Shown in pieces: positions 55,139-64,000 of a stretch of 64,000 nt of DNA (its first letter is position 1; each line of letters begins with the position of its first letter). The stretch covers positions 1,618 to 65,617 of the forward strand of contig DATLGO010000049.1 of NCBI GenBank assembly GCA_035540375.1, given 5' to 3'. This DNA comes from Thermoplasmatota archaeon. Lineage in GTDB: Archaea > Thermoplasmatota > SW-10-69-26 > JACQPN01 > JAJPHT01. The notes beneath the pieces were generated by a model, which saw nothing but the letters and a program-made list of their open reading frames with translations, ran no database searches and was not told the DNA's origin. Made by a program: the position numbers and the translations under genes.

Positions 55139-56196
55139 GCGCCCGCCCCCAGGATCTCGCGGAGGGCGGCGAGGAGGCGCTCGCTCGCGGCCGGCGGCGC
55201 GACCGTGACGCGGAGGTAGGCGGCGAGCGGGCCCGCGAAGTCGCGGACGTACACGCCGCGCTCGCGCAGCGCCGCGGCGAGGCCGTGGGCGTCGACAGGC
55301 GGCTTCACGAGGACGAAGTTCGCGTCCGACGGGAAGACGTCGAACTTCAGGTCGGCGAGGGCGCGGGAAAGGCGCGCCCGTTCGACGCGGACGCCCTCGA
55401 CGACGTTCTCGACCCATGCGCGCTCCTCGAGCGCCATCGCGGCGACGAGCTCGCTCGCGGTGTTCAGCTTGAAGGGACCTCGGACCTTCGCGATCTCGCG
55501 CGCGACGTCCGGGTGCGCGACCGCGTAGCCGACGCGGAAGCCCGCGAGACCGTACGCCTTGCTGAAGGTGCGGAGCACGACGAGGCGGGGGTTGCGCGCG
55601 ACCTCGGGCAGGAAGCTCGACGGGCCGAACTCCGCGTAGGCCTCGTCGACGACGACGAGACCGCCCGCGGCAGAGACCACGCGCTCGACCTCGGGGCGCG
55701 GGAACGCGTTGCCGGTCGGGTTGTTTGGCCGGCAGACGAACGTGACCTTGGCGCCCTGCGCGGCGCGCGCGAGCGCGGGGGCGTCGAGCGCGAAGCGGGG
55801 GCCGAGCGGCACGGCGACGGTCTTCGCGCCGGCGAGCCGCGCGAAGGTCGGGATCATGGAAAAGATCGGCGCGTGGTGCGCGACCGTCTCGCCGTCCTCG
55901 ACGAATGCGCGCGCGAGGGCGTCGATCATCTCGTTCGACCCGTTGCCGAGCACGATCGAGGCCGGGTCGACCTCGTGGTGGCGCGCGAGGGCGCGCCGGA
56001 GCGTTCCCGAGGCGTTGTCGGGATAATCCCAGAACGCGTCGGGGCGCAAGCGCGCGATGGCCTTGGCGATCGCGGGGTTCGCGCCCCAGAGGTTCGCGTT
56101 GTTCATGAGGTTGAGGCCGCCCTTCGGCGCCTCCTCCTCGTACGCCTCGGTCGCGCGCACGACGGCGCGCGCGAGGTCCGCGGGTCCCTTCGTCAT
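55135..56196 (-). CDS. hisC: Histidinol-phosphate aminotransferase
   Basis: ORF 55135..56196. PNNPTGN, VVVDEAY, RTFSKAYGLAGFRVGY (PLP Lys). Confidence 0.9.
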   Translation of the reverse strand: MTKGPADLARAVVRATEAYEEEAPKGGLNLMNNANLWGANPAIAKAIARLRPDAFWDYPDNASGTLRRALARHHEVDPASIVLGNGSNEMIDALARAFVEDGETVAHHAPIFSMIPTFARLAGAKTVAVPLGPRFALDAPALARAAQGAKVTFVCRPNNPTGNAFPRPEVERVVSAAGGLVVVDEAYAEFGPSSFLPEVARNPRLVVLRTFSKAYGLAGFRVGYAVAHPDVAREIAKVRGPFKLNTASELVAAMALEERAWVENVVEGVRVERARLSRALADLKFDVFPSDANFVLVKPPVDAHGLAAALRERGVYVRDFAGPLAAYLRVTVAPPAASERLLAALREILGAGA

Positions 56197-57485
56197 GGTC
56201 GCCTCGCCTCCACGGAAGCCGCGTGGGCGTGTAAGCCTTCCGCGCGGGCAAGCGTCGCGACCGTCGGCGCGAGCGTGCGGAATCCTTCACGGTCGACCTC
56301 CTGATGGGTGGGCCGCCGCAGGAAGTCGTCCACCGAAAGCCCTGAAAAGGATCGCGCGAGCCCCGCGGTCGGGAGCACGTGGTTCGGGCCGCTCGCGTAG
56401 TCGCCGAACGCGACGGGCGAGTAGGGGCCGAGGAAGGCGCTCCCGTAGGTCCTGAGGCGCGCGAGAACGGCGCGCGGGGCCGCGGTCTGGATCGAGAGGT
56501 GCTCGGGCGCGAAGGCCTCGGCGAAGGCGACCGCCTCGTCGAGGTCGCGGGCGAGGAGGAGCGCGCCGCGCGCGGCGAGCGCCTCGCGCGCGATGGCGGC
56601 GCGCGGCGTCGTCGCGAGCGCGCGCTCGAGGGCGGTCCGCGCGCGGGCGAGGAGCGGCGCGTCGGTGGCGACGAGCACCGCCGAGGCGGCCGGGTCGTGC
56701 TCGGCCTGCGCGAGGAGGTCCCAAGCGACCGCGTCGGCGTCCGCCGTCGCGTCCGCGACGACGAGCACCTCGCTCGGGCCCGCGGGCGCGTCGATCGCGA
56801 CCTCGCCCGCGACGAGCGCCTTCGCGGCGGCGACGTACGCGTTCCCGGGGCCGACGATCTTGTCGACGCGGGGGACGCTCGCGGTGCCGTAGGCGAGCGC
56901 GAAGACGGCCTGCGCGCCGCCGAGGGCGAAGACGCGATCCGCGCCCGCGACCGCGGCGGCGGCGAGCGTCGCGTCGGGGATCGCGCCGTCCGCGCGGGGC
57001 GGGGTCGCGAGGACGATCTCGCCGACCCCCGCGACCTTCGCGGGGAGGACGGTCATAAGCACGGTGCTCGGGTACGCGGCGCGCCCGCCGGGGGCGTAGC
57101 AGCCCACCTTCGCGAGGGGAACGTAGCGACGGCCCGCGCGCACGCCGGGCGCCACCTCGACCTCGAGGTCGGGACGGCGTTGCGCTTCGTGGAAAACGCG
57201 GATGTTGCGCGCGGCCGCTTCGAGCGCGGCGCCGAACGCGGGATCGACGCGCGCGAGCGCGGCCTCGACGTCGGCGCGCGGCACCTCGAAGCGCGCGAGG
57301 TCGACGCCGTCGAATCGCTTCGTGATCGCGCGAAGCGCCTCGTCGCCCCGGGCGCGCACGTCGCGCGCGAGAGGCGCGACGGCCTCGAGCGCCTTCGCCA
57401 CGTCCCCGGCGCTGCGGCGGACGATCGCGAGGCGTACGTCGTCGGGCATCGCGGCGAGCGCGCCCTCGTAGCGGAGGAGGCTCAA
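56193..57485 (-). CDS. hisD: Histidinol dehydrogenase
   Basis: ORF 56193..57485. CYAPGGRAAYPSTVLM, GPGNAYVAAAK, QAEHD, HLSIQ. Confidence 0.92.
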   Translation of the reverse strand: MSLLRYEGALAAMPDDVRLAIVRRSAGDVAKALEAVAPLARDVRARGDEALRAITKRFDGVDLARFEVPRADVEAALARVDPAFGAALEAAARNIRVFHEAQRRPDLEVEVAPGVRAGRRYVPLAKVGCYAPGGRAAYPSTVLMTVLPAKVAGVGEIVLATPPRADGAIPDATLAAAAVAGADRVFALGGAQAVFALAYGTASVPRVDKIVGPGNAYVAAAKALVAGEVAIDAPAGPSEVLVVADATADADAVAWDLLAQAEHDPAASAVLVATDAPLLARARTALERALATTPRAAIAREALAARGALLLARDLDEAVAFAEAFAPEHLSIQTAAPRAVLARLRTYGSAFLGPYSPVAFGDYASGPNHVLPTAGLARSFSGLSVDDFLRRPTHQEVDREGFRTLAPTVATLARAEGLHAHAASVEARRP

Positions 57486-58351
57486 GGCACCAGCCTCTCG
57501 ATCGGGAGGACGAGGATCCCCGTGGCGCCGATCTCCTTGAGATCCCGCACGATGCGGTGGAGCGCGCGCTCGTCCACGACCGCGTGGGCCGCGACCATCT
57601 CGTTGTGGTCCATGATGTCCATGATCGTCGGGCCGCTGATGCCGGGAAGGATCCGACGGACGTCGGCGAGCTTGGCGCGGGGCACGTTCGCCATGAGGTA
57701 CGCCTTGCCGCGGGCGCGCACGACCGCTTCGAGCGCCTCGAGGAATTCGCGGGCCTTCGCGGCCTTCGCGGCGTCGCGGTGGAGGGATCCGTTGCCGACG
57801 ACGTGCGCCGAGCTGTGGAGGATGACGTCCGTCTCGCGCAGGTGGTTCATCGCGAGCGTGCTCCCGCTCGAGACGAGGTCCACGATCGCGTCCGCGACGC
57901 CCATGTGGGGCGTGACCTCCGTCGCGCCGCTCACCTCGACGACGTGCACCTTCGCGCCGCGCGCCGCGAAGAAGCGCCTTGCGAGATTCGGGAAGGAGGT
58001 CGCGACACGGGCGTTCTCGGGAAGATCCGCGGCCGTCGCCGCCTTGCTTTCGTTCGGGACGGCGACGACGAGGCGGCAGCGCCCGAAGCCGAGGTCGAGG
58101 AGACGCTCGACGCGGCGGCCGGACTCCTCGACGATGTCGAGGCCCGTGATCCCGATGTCCGCGACGCCTTCCTCGACGAACCCCGGGATGTCGCTTGCGC
58201 GGACGAAAAGCACGGTAAGACCGTGGTCGGGCGCGCGGGCGAGGAGCCTGCGCTCGGACGTGAGGTCGAGGCGGATGCCGGCGTTGCGGAGAAGATCGAG
58301 TGTCTGCTCCGCAAGCCGGCCCTTGTTGGGGACGGCGACGTTGAGGGTCAG
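57482..58351 (-). CDS. hisG: ATP phosphoribosyltransferase, long form with C-terminal regulatory domain (CTG start proposed)
   Basis: ORF 57482..58213 plus 46 in-frame upstream codons, LTLNVAVPNKGRLAEQTLDLLRNAGIRLDLTSERRLLARAPDHGLT. These encode the conserved HisG N-terminus. CTG 58351 lies behind GAGGAGGA. Total 289 aa. Confidence 0.85.
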   Translation of the reverse strand: MTLNVAVPNKGRLAEQTLDLLRNAGIRLDLTSERRLLARAPDHGLTVLFVRASDIPGFVEEGVADIGITGLDIVEESGRRVERLLDLGFGRCRLVVAVPNESKAATAADLPENARVATSFPNLARRFFAARGAKVHVVEVSGATEVTPHMGVADAIVDLVSSGSTLAMNHLRETDVILHSSAHVVGNGSLHRDAAKAAKAREFLEALEAVVRARGKAYLMANVPRAKLADVRRILPGISGPTIMDIMDHNEMVAAHAVVDERALHRIVRDLKEIGATGILVLPIERLVP

Positions 58352-58507
58352 CGGAAAATCCTCCTCACGAGGGAATCGGATCGGTCGCCCTCAAAGGGTC
58401 CGGGGGCGATGATGGCCCACCCCGGGTCCGTTCGAGCGCGCGCGATCGGGCACGCATCTCCGAGGGCCGCCGCCGCTATTTCAGACTATCGCGTGCGGGA
58501 ACGCGGC

Positions 58508-59812
58508 TCAGCCCGGGGGAAGGTTGCGCGCGGCGCGCTCGGTCCCCAGGAGGAACCGGCCGCGCGCGGCCCCGACGAGGTCGCCGTCGTCGACGAGCCG
58601 CTCGCCCCTCAGGAAGACGTGCGTCGGGAAGACGCCCTCGCGGCCTTCGTACGGCGTCCATCCGCACTTCGAGTGCAACTCGGAGCCCCGGATCGGACGC
58701 GGCTTCGCGAGGTCGACGACGACGAGGTCCGCGTCGAAGCCCGGCTCGAGGCGCCCCTTCGGGAGGCCGAACAGGCGCGCGGGCATCTCGCAGGCGGCGG
58801 CGACGACGGCGGCGAGCGGGAGGCGACCGGCCGCGGCCTCGGCGAGGAAGAGCGGGAGGAGCGTCTCGACGCCCGGCACCCCCGAGGGCGCTTCCCAGAC
58901 GCCCGCGCGCTTCTCGGCGAGCGTGTGCGGCGCGTGGTCGGAGGCGAGGCACACGCGGCCCTGGCCGAGCGCCTCGTAGAGCGCCGCGCGGTCAGCGGGC
59001 CATCGCAGGGGCGGGTTCATCTTGTACACGCCGCCCTTCGCGAGGTCGTCGCGGTCGAGGAGCAGGTGATGCGGCGTGACCTCGGCCGTCATGCCCGGCG
59101 CGAGGGCGCCGAGGCCCGCTTCGGTGGAAAGGTGCGCGATGTGGACCCGGGCCCCGACGCCGAAGTTCGCGCGCGCGACCCCGAGGATTGCGTCGCGCTC
59201 GCATTCGGCGGGCCTGGAATCCTCGTGCGCGAGCCAGTCCGTGCGGCCCCCGACCTCCGCGAGGTGGCGCTCGCGGCACCCCTCGTCCTCGCCGTGCACG
59301 ACGGCGGGCTTGTCCGCGGCCTTCGCGGCCGCGAGGCCCGCGCGCACGACGGCCTCGTCGCGCACGAGGAGATCGCCCGTCGTCGCGCCGAGGTACATCT
59401 TGAGGGCCGTCGCCTTCGGCATCCCGTCGAGGCCGCCCGAGGCGCCGAGGCCGAGAAAGAGCCCGAAGTCGACGTGCGCGCGCGGCCGGACCTTCGCGAG
59501 CTTCGCCGCGAGCGTCGCGCCGTCGAGCACGGGCGGCGCGGTGTTCGGCATGTCGAGGACGCACGTGACGCCTCCGAACGCCGCCGCGCGCGTGCCGGAG
59601 GCGAAGTCCTCCTTCTCGGGGTGGCCGGGGTCGCGGAAGTGCACGTGCGGATCGGTCGCGCCGGGGAGGATCACGCGCTCGCCGACGTCCACGATGTCGC
59701 GGCCCGTGAGATTGCGCGCGACGGCCGAGATCACGCCGTCCTTCACGGCGACGGCGCCGCGCGCGAGCGTGCCGTCGGCCTGGAGGATGCGGCCGCGCAG
59801 AACGAGGTCCAT
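58508..59812 (-). CDS. pyrC: Dihydroorotase (cyclic amidohydrolase superfamily)
   Basis: ORF 58508..59812. ILPGATDPHVHFRDPG (HxH metal site), VVHGED, ASDHAPH. Confidence 0.8.
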   Translation of the reverse strand: MDLVLRGRILQADGTLARGAVAVKDGVISAVARNLTGRDIVDVGERVILPGATDPHVHFRDPGHPEKEDFASGTRAAAFGGVTCVLDMPNTAPPVLDGATLAAKLAKVRPRAHVDFGLFLGLGASGGLDGMPKATALKMYLGATTGDLLVRDEAVVRAGLAAAKAADKPAVVHGEDEGCRERHLAEVGGRTDWLAHEDSRPAECERDAILGVARANFGVGARVHIAHLSTEAGLGALAPGMTAEVTPHHLLLDRDDLAKGGVYKMNPPLRWPADRAALYEALGQGRVCLASDHAPHTLAEKRAGVWEAPSGVPGVETLLPLFLAEAAAGRLPLAAVVAAACEMPARLFGLPKGRLEPGFDADLVVVDLAKPRPIRGSELHSKCGWTPYEGREGVFPTHVFLRGERLVDDGDLVGAARGRFLLGTERAARNLPPG

Positions 59813-59816
59813 GGCG

Positions 59817-60779
59817 TCACTTCTTGAGGCCGGTCCCGGCGAGCGCGAAATGGGCGAGCAGGGCTTCGATCTGGATGCGCTCGCTTGCGCCTTCGACGAG
59901 GCGGAAGTCGGCTTCGCCCGTGCGATCGACGAGCTTCACCTTGACCTCGTCGGGAACCGCGAGGTCGAAGACGCTGCGGTGGATCTGTCGCACGATGTCC
60001 TCGCCCGAGAGACCGTAGGTGATGAGGAGCTCATCGAGCTTGTCGCGCGCCTTCATGAAGTTCCCCGTGAGGGCGAGCTCGAGCATCGCCTTCACCTCCT
60101 CGGGGCGCGCGGTCGCGGTCGTGAGGTAGACCGATTCCTCGTCGATGGACTTGCCGCCCGCCGAGGCGACCTGGAGCGTGTTGATCGACTTGCGCATGTC
60201 GCCGCCCGCGACGTAGAGGAGCGCCTCGAGGCCGTCCTTCGAGATCTCGAGCTTCTCCTGCGCGGCGATCTTGCGCAGGAACTTCGTCATGTCCTCCTTC
60301 GCGAGGGGACGGAAGCGGAAGACGGCGCAGCGCGACTGGATGGGATCGATGATCTTTGACGAGTAGTTGCAGGACAGGATGAACCGGCACGTCGCGGCGA
60401 AGCGCTCCATCGTGCGGCGCAGGGCGGCCTGCGCGTCGGTCGTGAGCGCGTCGGCCTCGTCGAGGAAGATGATCTTGAAGGCCGCGCCCCCCATGGGCGC
60501 GGTGCGGGCGAAGTCCTTGATCTTCGTGCGCACGATGTTGATGCCGCGCTCGTCGGAGGCGTTGAGCTCGAGGAAGTTCTGCCGCCACGCGTCGCCGTAG
60601 AGCTCCTTCGCGAGCGCGATCGAGGCCGTCGTCTTGCCCGTGCCGGGCGGGCCCGCGAAGAGGAGGTGCGGGAGGTTCCCGACCTTCGTGTAGGAGGCAA
60701 GGCGCTTCGTGATGTCCTCCTGGCCCACGATGTCCGACAGCTTCGCGGGACGGTACTTCTCGACCCAGATCTCCTCCAC
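59817..60779 (-). CDS. rfcS: Replication factor C small subunit
   Basis: GTG 60779 within ORF 59817..60905. (M)[46 protein letters not shown] (SRC motif); 320 aa. Confidence 0.92.
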   Translation of the reverse strand: MEEIWVEKYRPAKLSDIVGQEDITKRLASYTKVGNLPHLLFAGPPGTGKTTASIALAKELYGDAWRQNFLELNASDERGINIVRTKIKDFARTAPMGGAAFKIIFLDEADALTTDAQAALRRTMERFAATCRFILSCNYSSKIIDPIQSRCAVFRFRPLAKEDMTKFLRKIAAQEKLEISKDGLEALLYVAGGDMRKSINTLQVASAGGKSIDEESVYLTTATARPEEVKAMLELALTGNFMKARDKLDELLITYGLSGEDIVRQIHRSVFDLAVPDEVKVKLVDRTGEADFRLVEGASERIQIEALLAHFALAGTGLKK

Positions 60780-60913
60780 GGCACCACGTCCTCGCCCCGG
60801 CGGCCCCGGGCGACGGGGCACCAACGGAGCGATCGCTCTTAAGGGTGGAGGGTGACCCGGCGGACCCGAGGGGCCGCCCCTATGCTTAAGCGAGCCGCCG
60901 CGCATGCCTCGGC

Positions 60914-61147
60914 GTGCGCACCGCCTTCGTCCTCCTCAAGATCCTCCCTCAGCACGAGACGGAGGTCCTGAAGATCGTGCAGTCGGTCCCCCAGGTGGAG
61001 GAGGTGCACGGCATCTTCGGCGAGTACGACCTCCTCGTGAAGGTCGTCGCGCAGGACGACGACGAGCTCGAGGAGATCGTCATCGGGCGCATCCGCGGCC
61101 ACGTGGGCGTGCGCCACACGGAGACGCTCCTCTCGACGCCCTTCTGA
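60914..61147 (+). CDS. Stand-alone Lrp/AsnC ligand-binding (RAM) domain protein, no HTH
   Basis: ORF 60914..61147 (GTG start). [76 protein letters not shown] island lies about 26 nt upstream. Confidence 0.65.
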   Translation: MRTAFVLLKILPQHETEVLKIVQSVPQVEEVHGIFGEYDLLVKVVAQDDDELEEIVIGRIRGHVGVRHTETLLSTPF

Positions 61148-61188
61148 GGCGCCCTCCCCCGGGCGCCGTCCGCATCGTCTCCAAACGC

Positions 61189-61195
61189 ATTTAAA
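61189..61195 (+). promoter_or_regulatory. TATA-box candidate (ATTTAAA) upstream of ileS
   Basis: AT island about 40 nt upstream of ATG 61235. Confidence 0.35.
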
Positions 61196-61234
61196 CGAGC
61201 CGCGGAATCCCACGACCCGGACTGGGGTCGCGCG

Positions 61235-64000
61235 ATGGTGAAGGAAGCCGAACGGGAATTCCGCCCCGTGGAACTCGAAGCCCGCGTGAGCGCGCACTGG
61301 AAGGCCGTGAAGGCCTACGAGAAGACGCGCAGGCACCGCGCCCGCGGCAAGCGCTGGTACTTCATCGACGGACCCCCGTACGCGACGGGCCACATCCACC
61401 TCGGGACGGCCCGCAACAAGTTCCTGAAGGACCTGCAGGTCCGCTTCATGTCGATGCGCGGCTTCGCGGTGCGCGACCAGCCCGGCTTCGACATGCACGG
61501 TCTCCCGATCGAGGTCAAGGTCGAGAAGGAGCTCGGCATTGCGAACAAGAAGGACATCGAGGCGTACGGCGTCGAGCGCTTCGTCGAAGCCTGCCGCGCG
61601 TGGGCGACGAAGAACAAGGACGTCATGACGGAGGAGTTCAAGGAGCTCGCCGTCTGGATGGACTGGGACCGCCCGTACATGACGATCACGAACGGGTACA
61701 TCGAGGGCGCGTGGTGGGCCCTCGCCGAGGCCTCGAAGCGCGGGCTCCTCTTCGAGAGCGAGCGCGTGCTCACGTGGTGCTGGCGCTGCGAGAGCGCGCT
61801 CGCGAACGCGGAGATCGAGTACGCGGACCGCGAGGACCCGAGCGTCTTCGTGAAGTTCCCGCTGCGCGGCCGCGCGGACGAGTCCCTCGTCGTCTGGACG
61901 ACGACGCCGTGGACGCTTCCCGCGAACGTCGCCGTCGCCGCGCACCCGGACCTTTCGTACGCGAAGGCGCGCGTCACGCGCCCGGACGGCAAGGTCGAGT
62001 TCCTGCACGTGGTGTCGTCCCAGGCGGAGACCGTCGCGCGCCTCGGCCGCTACACGGCGATGGAGATCGTCGCGACGCACCCCGGCAAGGACCTCGAGGG
62101 GCTCTACTACGACCATCCGTTCGCAAGCGAGGTCCCGCGCCACGCGGAAGCGACGGGGTGGAACAACCGCGTCATCCTCGCCCCCCATGTCACGGGCGAC
62201 CGCACGGGCCTCGTGCACACCGCGACGGGCCACGGCGTCGAGGACTTCGAGGCCGGCAAGAAGTACGGCATCGGGGTCTTCTCGCCCGTGGGTCCCGACG
62301 GCCGCTACACGGCGGAAGCCGGGGTCTTCGCCGGCCTCGCGGTGAAGGACCGCGCGGCGGGCGCGCGCGATTCCGAGGCCGACACGGCCGTGATCGAGCG
62401 GCTCCGAGCGCGCGGGCTCCTCCTGCACCTCGCGCACGAGAAGCACGCGTACGGCGAGTGCTGGCGTTGCCACAACCCGCAGATCTTCCGCGCGACGCGC
62501 CAGTGGTTCATCGATGTCCGCAAGATCCAGCCGAAGATGATCCGCGAGGTCGAGCGCGTCGACTGGACGCCCGAATGGGCGGGTTCCGCGCGGCAGATGG
62601 ACTGGGTGAAGAACGCGCGCGACTGGTGCATCTCGCGCCAGCGCTACTGGGGCATCCCGCTTCCCGTCTGGAAGTGCGACACCTGCCACGAGGTCCGGGT
62701 CGTGGGATCCTCGAAGGAGCTCGCGAAGGCCGCGAAGGGCTACAAGCGGAACATGGATTTCCACCGGCCCTGGATCGACAAGGTCACGATCCCCTGCAAG
62801 GCGTGCCGCGGCACGATGAAGCGCGTCGAGGACGTCCTCGACGTGTGGTTCGACTCGGCCGTCGCGGCCTGGGCCGAGCTCGACTTCCCCGGCTCGAAAA
62901 CCGAATTCGAGAAGTGGTTCCCCTGCGACTGGATCTGCGAGGGCCTCGACCAGACGCGCGGCTGGTTCTACAGCCAGCTCGGCGCGGGCGTCGCCTCGAT
63001 GGGCAAGGTCCCCTACCGGCAGGTCGTCATGCACGGGTGGGTCAACGACGAGCAGGGCCGCCCGATGTCGAAGAGCCTCGGCAACATCATCCAGCCGAAG
63101 ACCCTCGCGGAGAGGTACGGTGCGGACGCGCTCCGATTCAGCCTTCTCTCCTCCGGCGCGCCGTGGGACGACCTGAGCTTCGGCATGGAGAGCGCGAAGA
63201 ACGTCTCGCGCTCCTTCAACATCCTCTGGAACGTGCACGTCTTCGCGACGCGCTACATGGCGCTCGACCGGTTCGATCCCGCGAAGGCCGCGAAGTCGAA
63301 GCCGAAGCTCCGGCTCGAGGACCGCTGGATCCTCTCGCGCCTCCAGGGCGTCGTCGCGACCGCGACCGAGGCCATCGGCAAGGCCGAGGTCCACCGCGCG
63401 GCGCGCGAGATCGAGCGCTTCGCCGTCGACGACCTTTCGCGCTGGTACGTGCGCCTCGTGCGCGACCGCGCCTGGGCCGAGGCGGAGGATCCCGACAAGC
63501 TCGCCGCCTACCTCACGCTCCACGAGACCCTCCTCACGGTCGCGAAGCTTCTCGCGCCGTTCGCGCCGCACCTCGCGGAAGCCATCTACCAGGATTTCGA
63601 CGGCCGCCACGCGACCGTGCACATGGAGGACTGGCCCGTCCCCGACCGCAGGCGGATCGACCGCGCGCTCGATATGGACATGGCCCGCGTGCGCTCGCTC
63701 GTCGAGGCGTCCTCGAACGCGCGCCAGAAGGCGAACATGAAGCTGCGCTGGCCGGTCGCGAAGATCACCGTCTCGGGCGATGCCGCGACGGGCCGCGCCG
63801 TGAAGCGGCTCGAGCCGCTCCTCCTCGACCAGGCGAACGCGAAGGCGGTCGAGTTCGTGGGCCAGGACTGGGAGGGCCTCGTCCTCACCGCCGAACCGGC
63901 GCGCACCGTGCTCGGTCCGCTCTACAAGGCCGACGCGCCCGCCGTGATGGACGCGATCCGCGCGATGAAGCCGCGCGACCTCGCCTCGGCGCTCGAGAAG
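61235..64000 (+). CDS. ileS: Isoleucyl-tRNA synthetase (3' end outside window)
   Basis: Hand translation from ATG 61235: MVKEAEREFRPVELEARVSAHWKAVKAYEKT...WYFIDGPPYATGHIHLGTARNK (HIGH) ...GRPMSKSLGN (KMSKS, about 63060). Open to the window end, so absent from the ORF track. Confidence 0.92.
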   Translation, partial: MVKEAEREFRPVELEARVSAHWKAVKAYEKTRRHRARGKRWYFIDGPPYATGHIHLGTARNKFLKDLQVRFMSMRGFAVRDQPGFDMHGLPIEVKVEKELGIANKKDIEAYGVERFVEACRAWATKNKDVMTEEFKELAVWMDWDRPYMTITNGYIEGAWWALAEASKRGLLFESERVLTWCWRCESALANAEIEYADREDPSVFVKFPLRGRADESLVVWTTTPWTLPANVAVAAHPDLSYAKARVTRPDGKVEFLHVVSSQAETVARLGRYTAMEIVATHPGKDLEGLYYDHPFASEVPRHAEATGWNNRVILAPHVTGDRTGLVHTATGHGVEDFEAGKKYGIGVFSPVGPDGRYTAEAGVFAGLAVKDRAAGARDSEADTAVIERLRARGLLLHLAHEKHAYGECWRCHNPQIFRATRQWFIDVRKIQPKMIREVERVDWTPEWAGSARQMDWVKNARDWCISRQRYWGIPLPVWKCDTCHEVRVVGSSKELAKAAKGYKRNMDFHRPWIDKVTIPCKACRGTMKRVEDVLDVWFDSAVAAWAELDFPGSKTEFEKWFPCDWICEGLDQTRGWFYSQLGAGVASMGKVPYRQVVMHGWVNDEQGRPMSKSLGNIIQPKTLAERYGADALRFSLLSSGAPWDDLSFGMESAKNVSRSFNILWNVHVFATRYMALDRFDPAKAAKSKPKLRLEDRWILSRLQGVVATATEAIGKAEVHRAAREIERFAVDDLSRWYVRLVRDRAWAEAEDPDKLAAYLTLHETLLTVAKLLAPFAPHLAEAIYQDFDGRHATVHMEDWPVPDRRRIDRALDMDMARVRSLVEASSNARQKANMKLRWPVAKITVSGDAATGRAVKRLEPLLLDQANAKAVEFVGQDWEGLVLTAEPARTVLGPLYKADAPAVMDAIRAMKPRDLASALEK

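Noticed and set aside
60839-63622. 927-aa minus-strand ORF covering most of ileS
   Set aside because: It is antisense to a clearly recognisable IleRS (HIGH and KMSKS motifs on the plus strand). Its translation is Arg/Ala/Gly/Pro-rich with no motifs. This is the typical stop-poor shadow frame of a roughly 70% GC genome.

Overview
High-GC (roughly 70%) archaeal chromosomal segment. The archaeal assignment rests on gene content: an L7Ae-S28e-L24e-NDK-aIF5B cluster, RFC small subunit, archaeal RNase J, GHMP-type shikimate kinase, and ADH synthase plus DHQ synthase II. I cannot place it below 'uncultured euryarchaeote-like'.

About 60 protein genes are densely packed, and many overlap stop and start codons (ATGA, GTGA, TGATG).

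Layout:
- 1-14.4 kb: housekeeping genes (RPA-like fragment, S8 protease, riboflavin reductase, Mut7-C, RNase J, GGPP synthase, GluRS, r-protein/NDK operon, GNAT, aIF5B).
- 14.4-18.4 kb: MFS transporter plus a three-gene flavoprotein dehydrogenase.
- 18.4-31.1 kb: accessory-looking block. It holds an orphan PAS histidine kinase, an RHH / 72-aa / wHTH-FHA operon, and two tandem giant secreted S8 proteases of 1379 and 2006 aa.
- 31.2-41.3 kb: one co-directional cluster, asd-lysC-tyrA-aroC-aroA-aroK-aroDE-aroB'-aroA'. This is the archaeal aspartate-semialdehyde-dependent shikimate route.
- 42.4-48.8 kb: trpEGDCFBA.
- 48.8-58.4 kb: his genes, interrupted by two lipoprotein genes.
- To the window end: pyrC, RFC, a stand-alone Lrp/AsnC ligand domain and a partial ileS.

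I recognised no rRNA, tRNA, CRISPR array or mobile element.

Main second-look items:
1. Four genes whose conserved N-termini or signal peptides can only be reached from a CTG codon. hisG is the clearest case, with a perfect SD in front.
2. The beta-helix/S8 giant protease pair and the RHH/FHA operon next to it.
3. A K-turn-like element at the 5' end of the L7Ae leader.
4. A 500-bp noncoding, hairpin- and hexamer-repeat-rich region after infB.

Many long ORFs in the supplied track are Arg/Pro/Gly-rich antisense or off-frame shadows caused by the GC content, and I rejected them.
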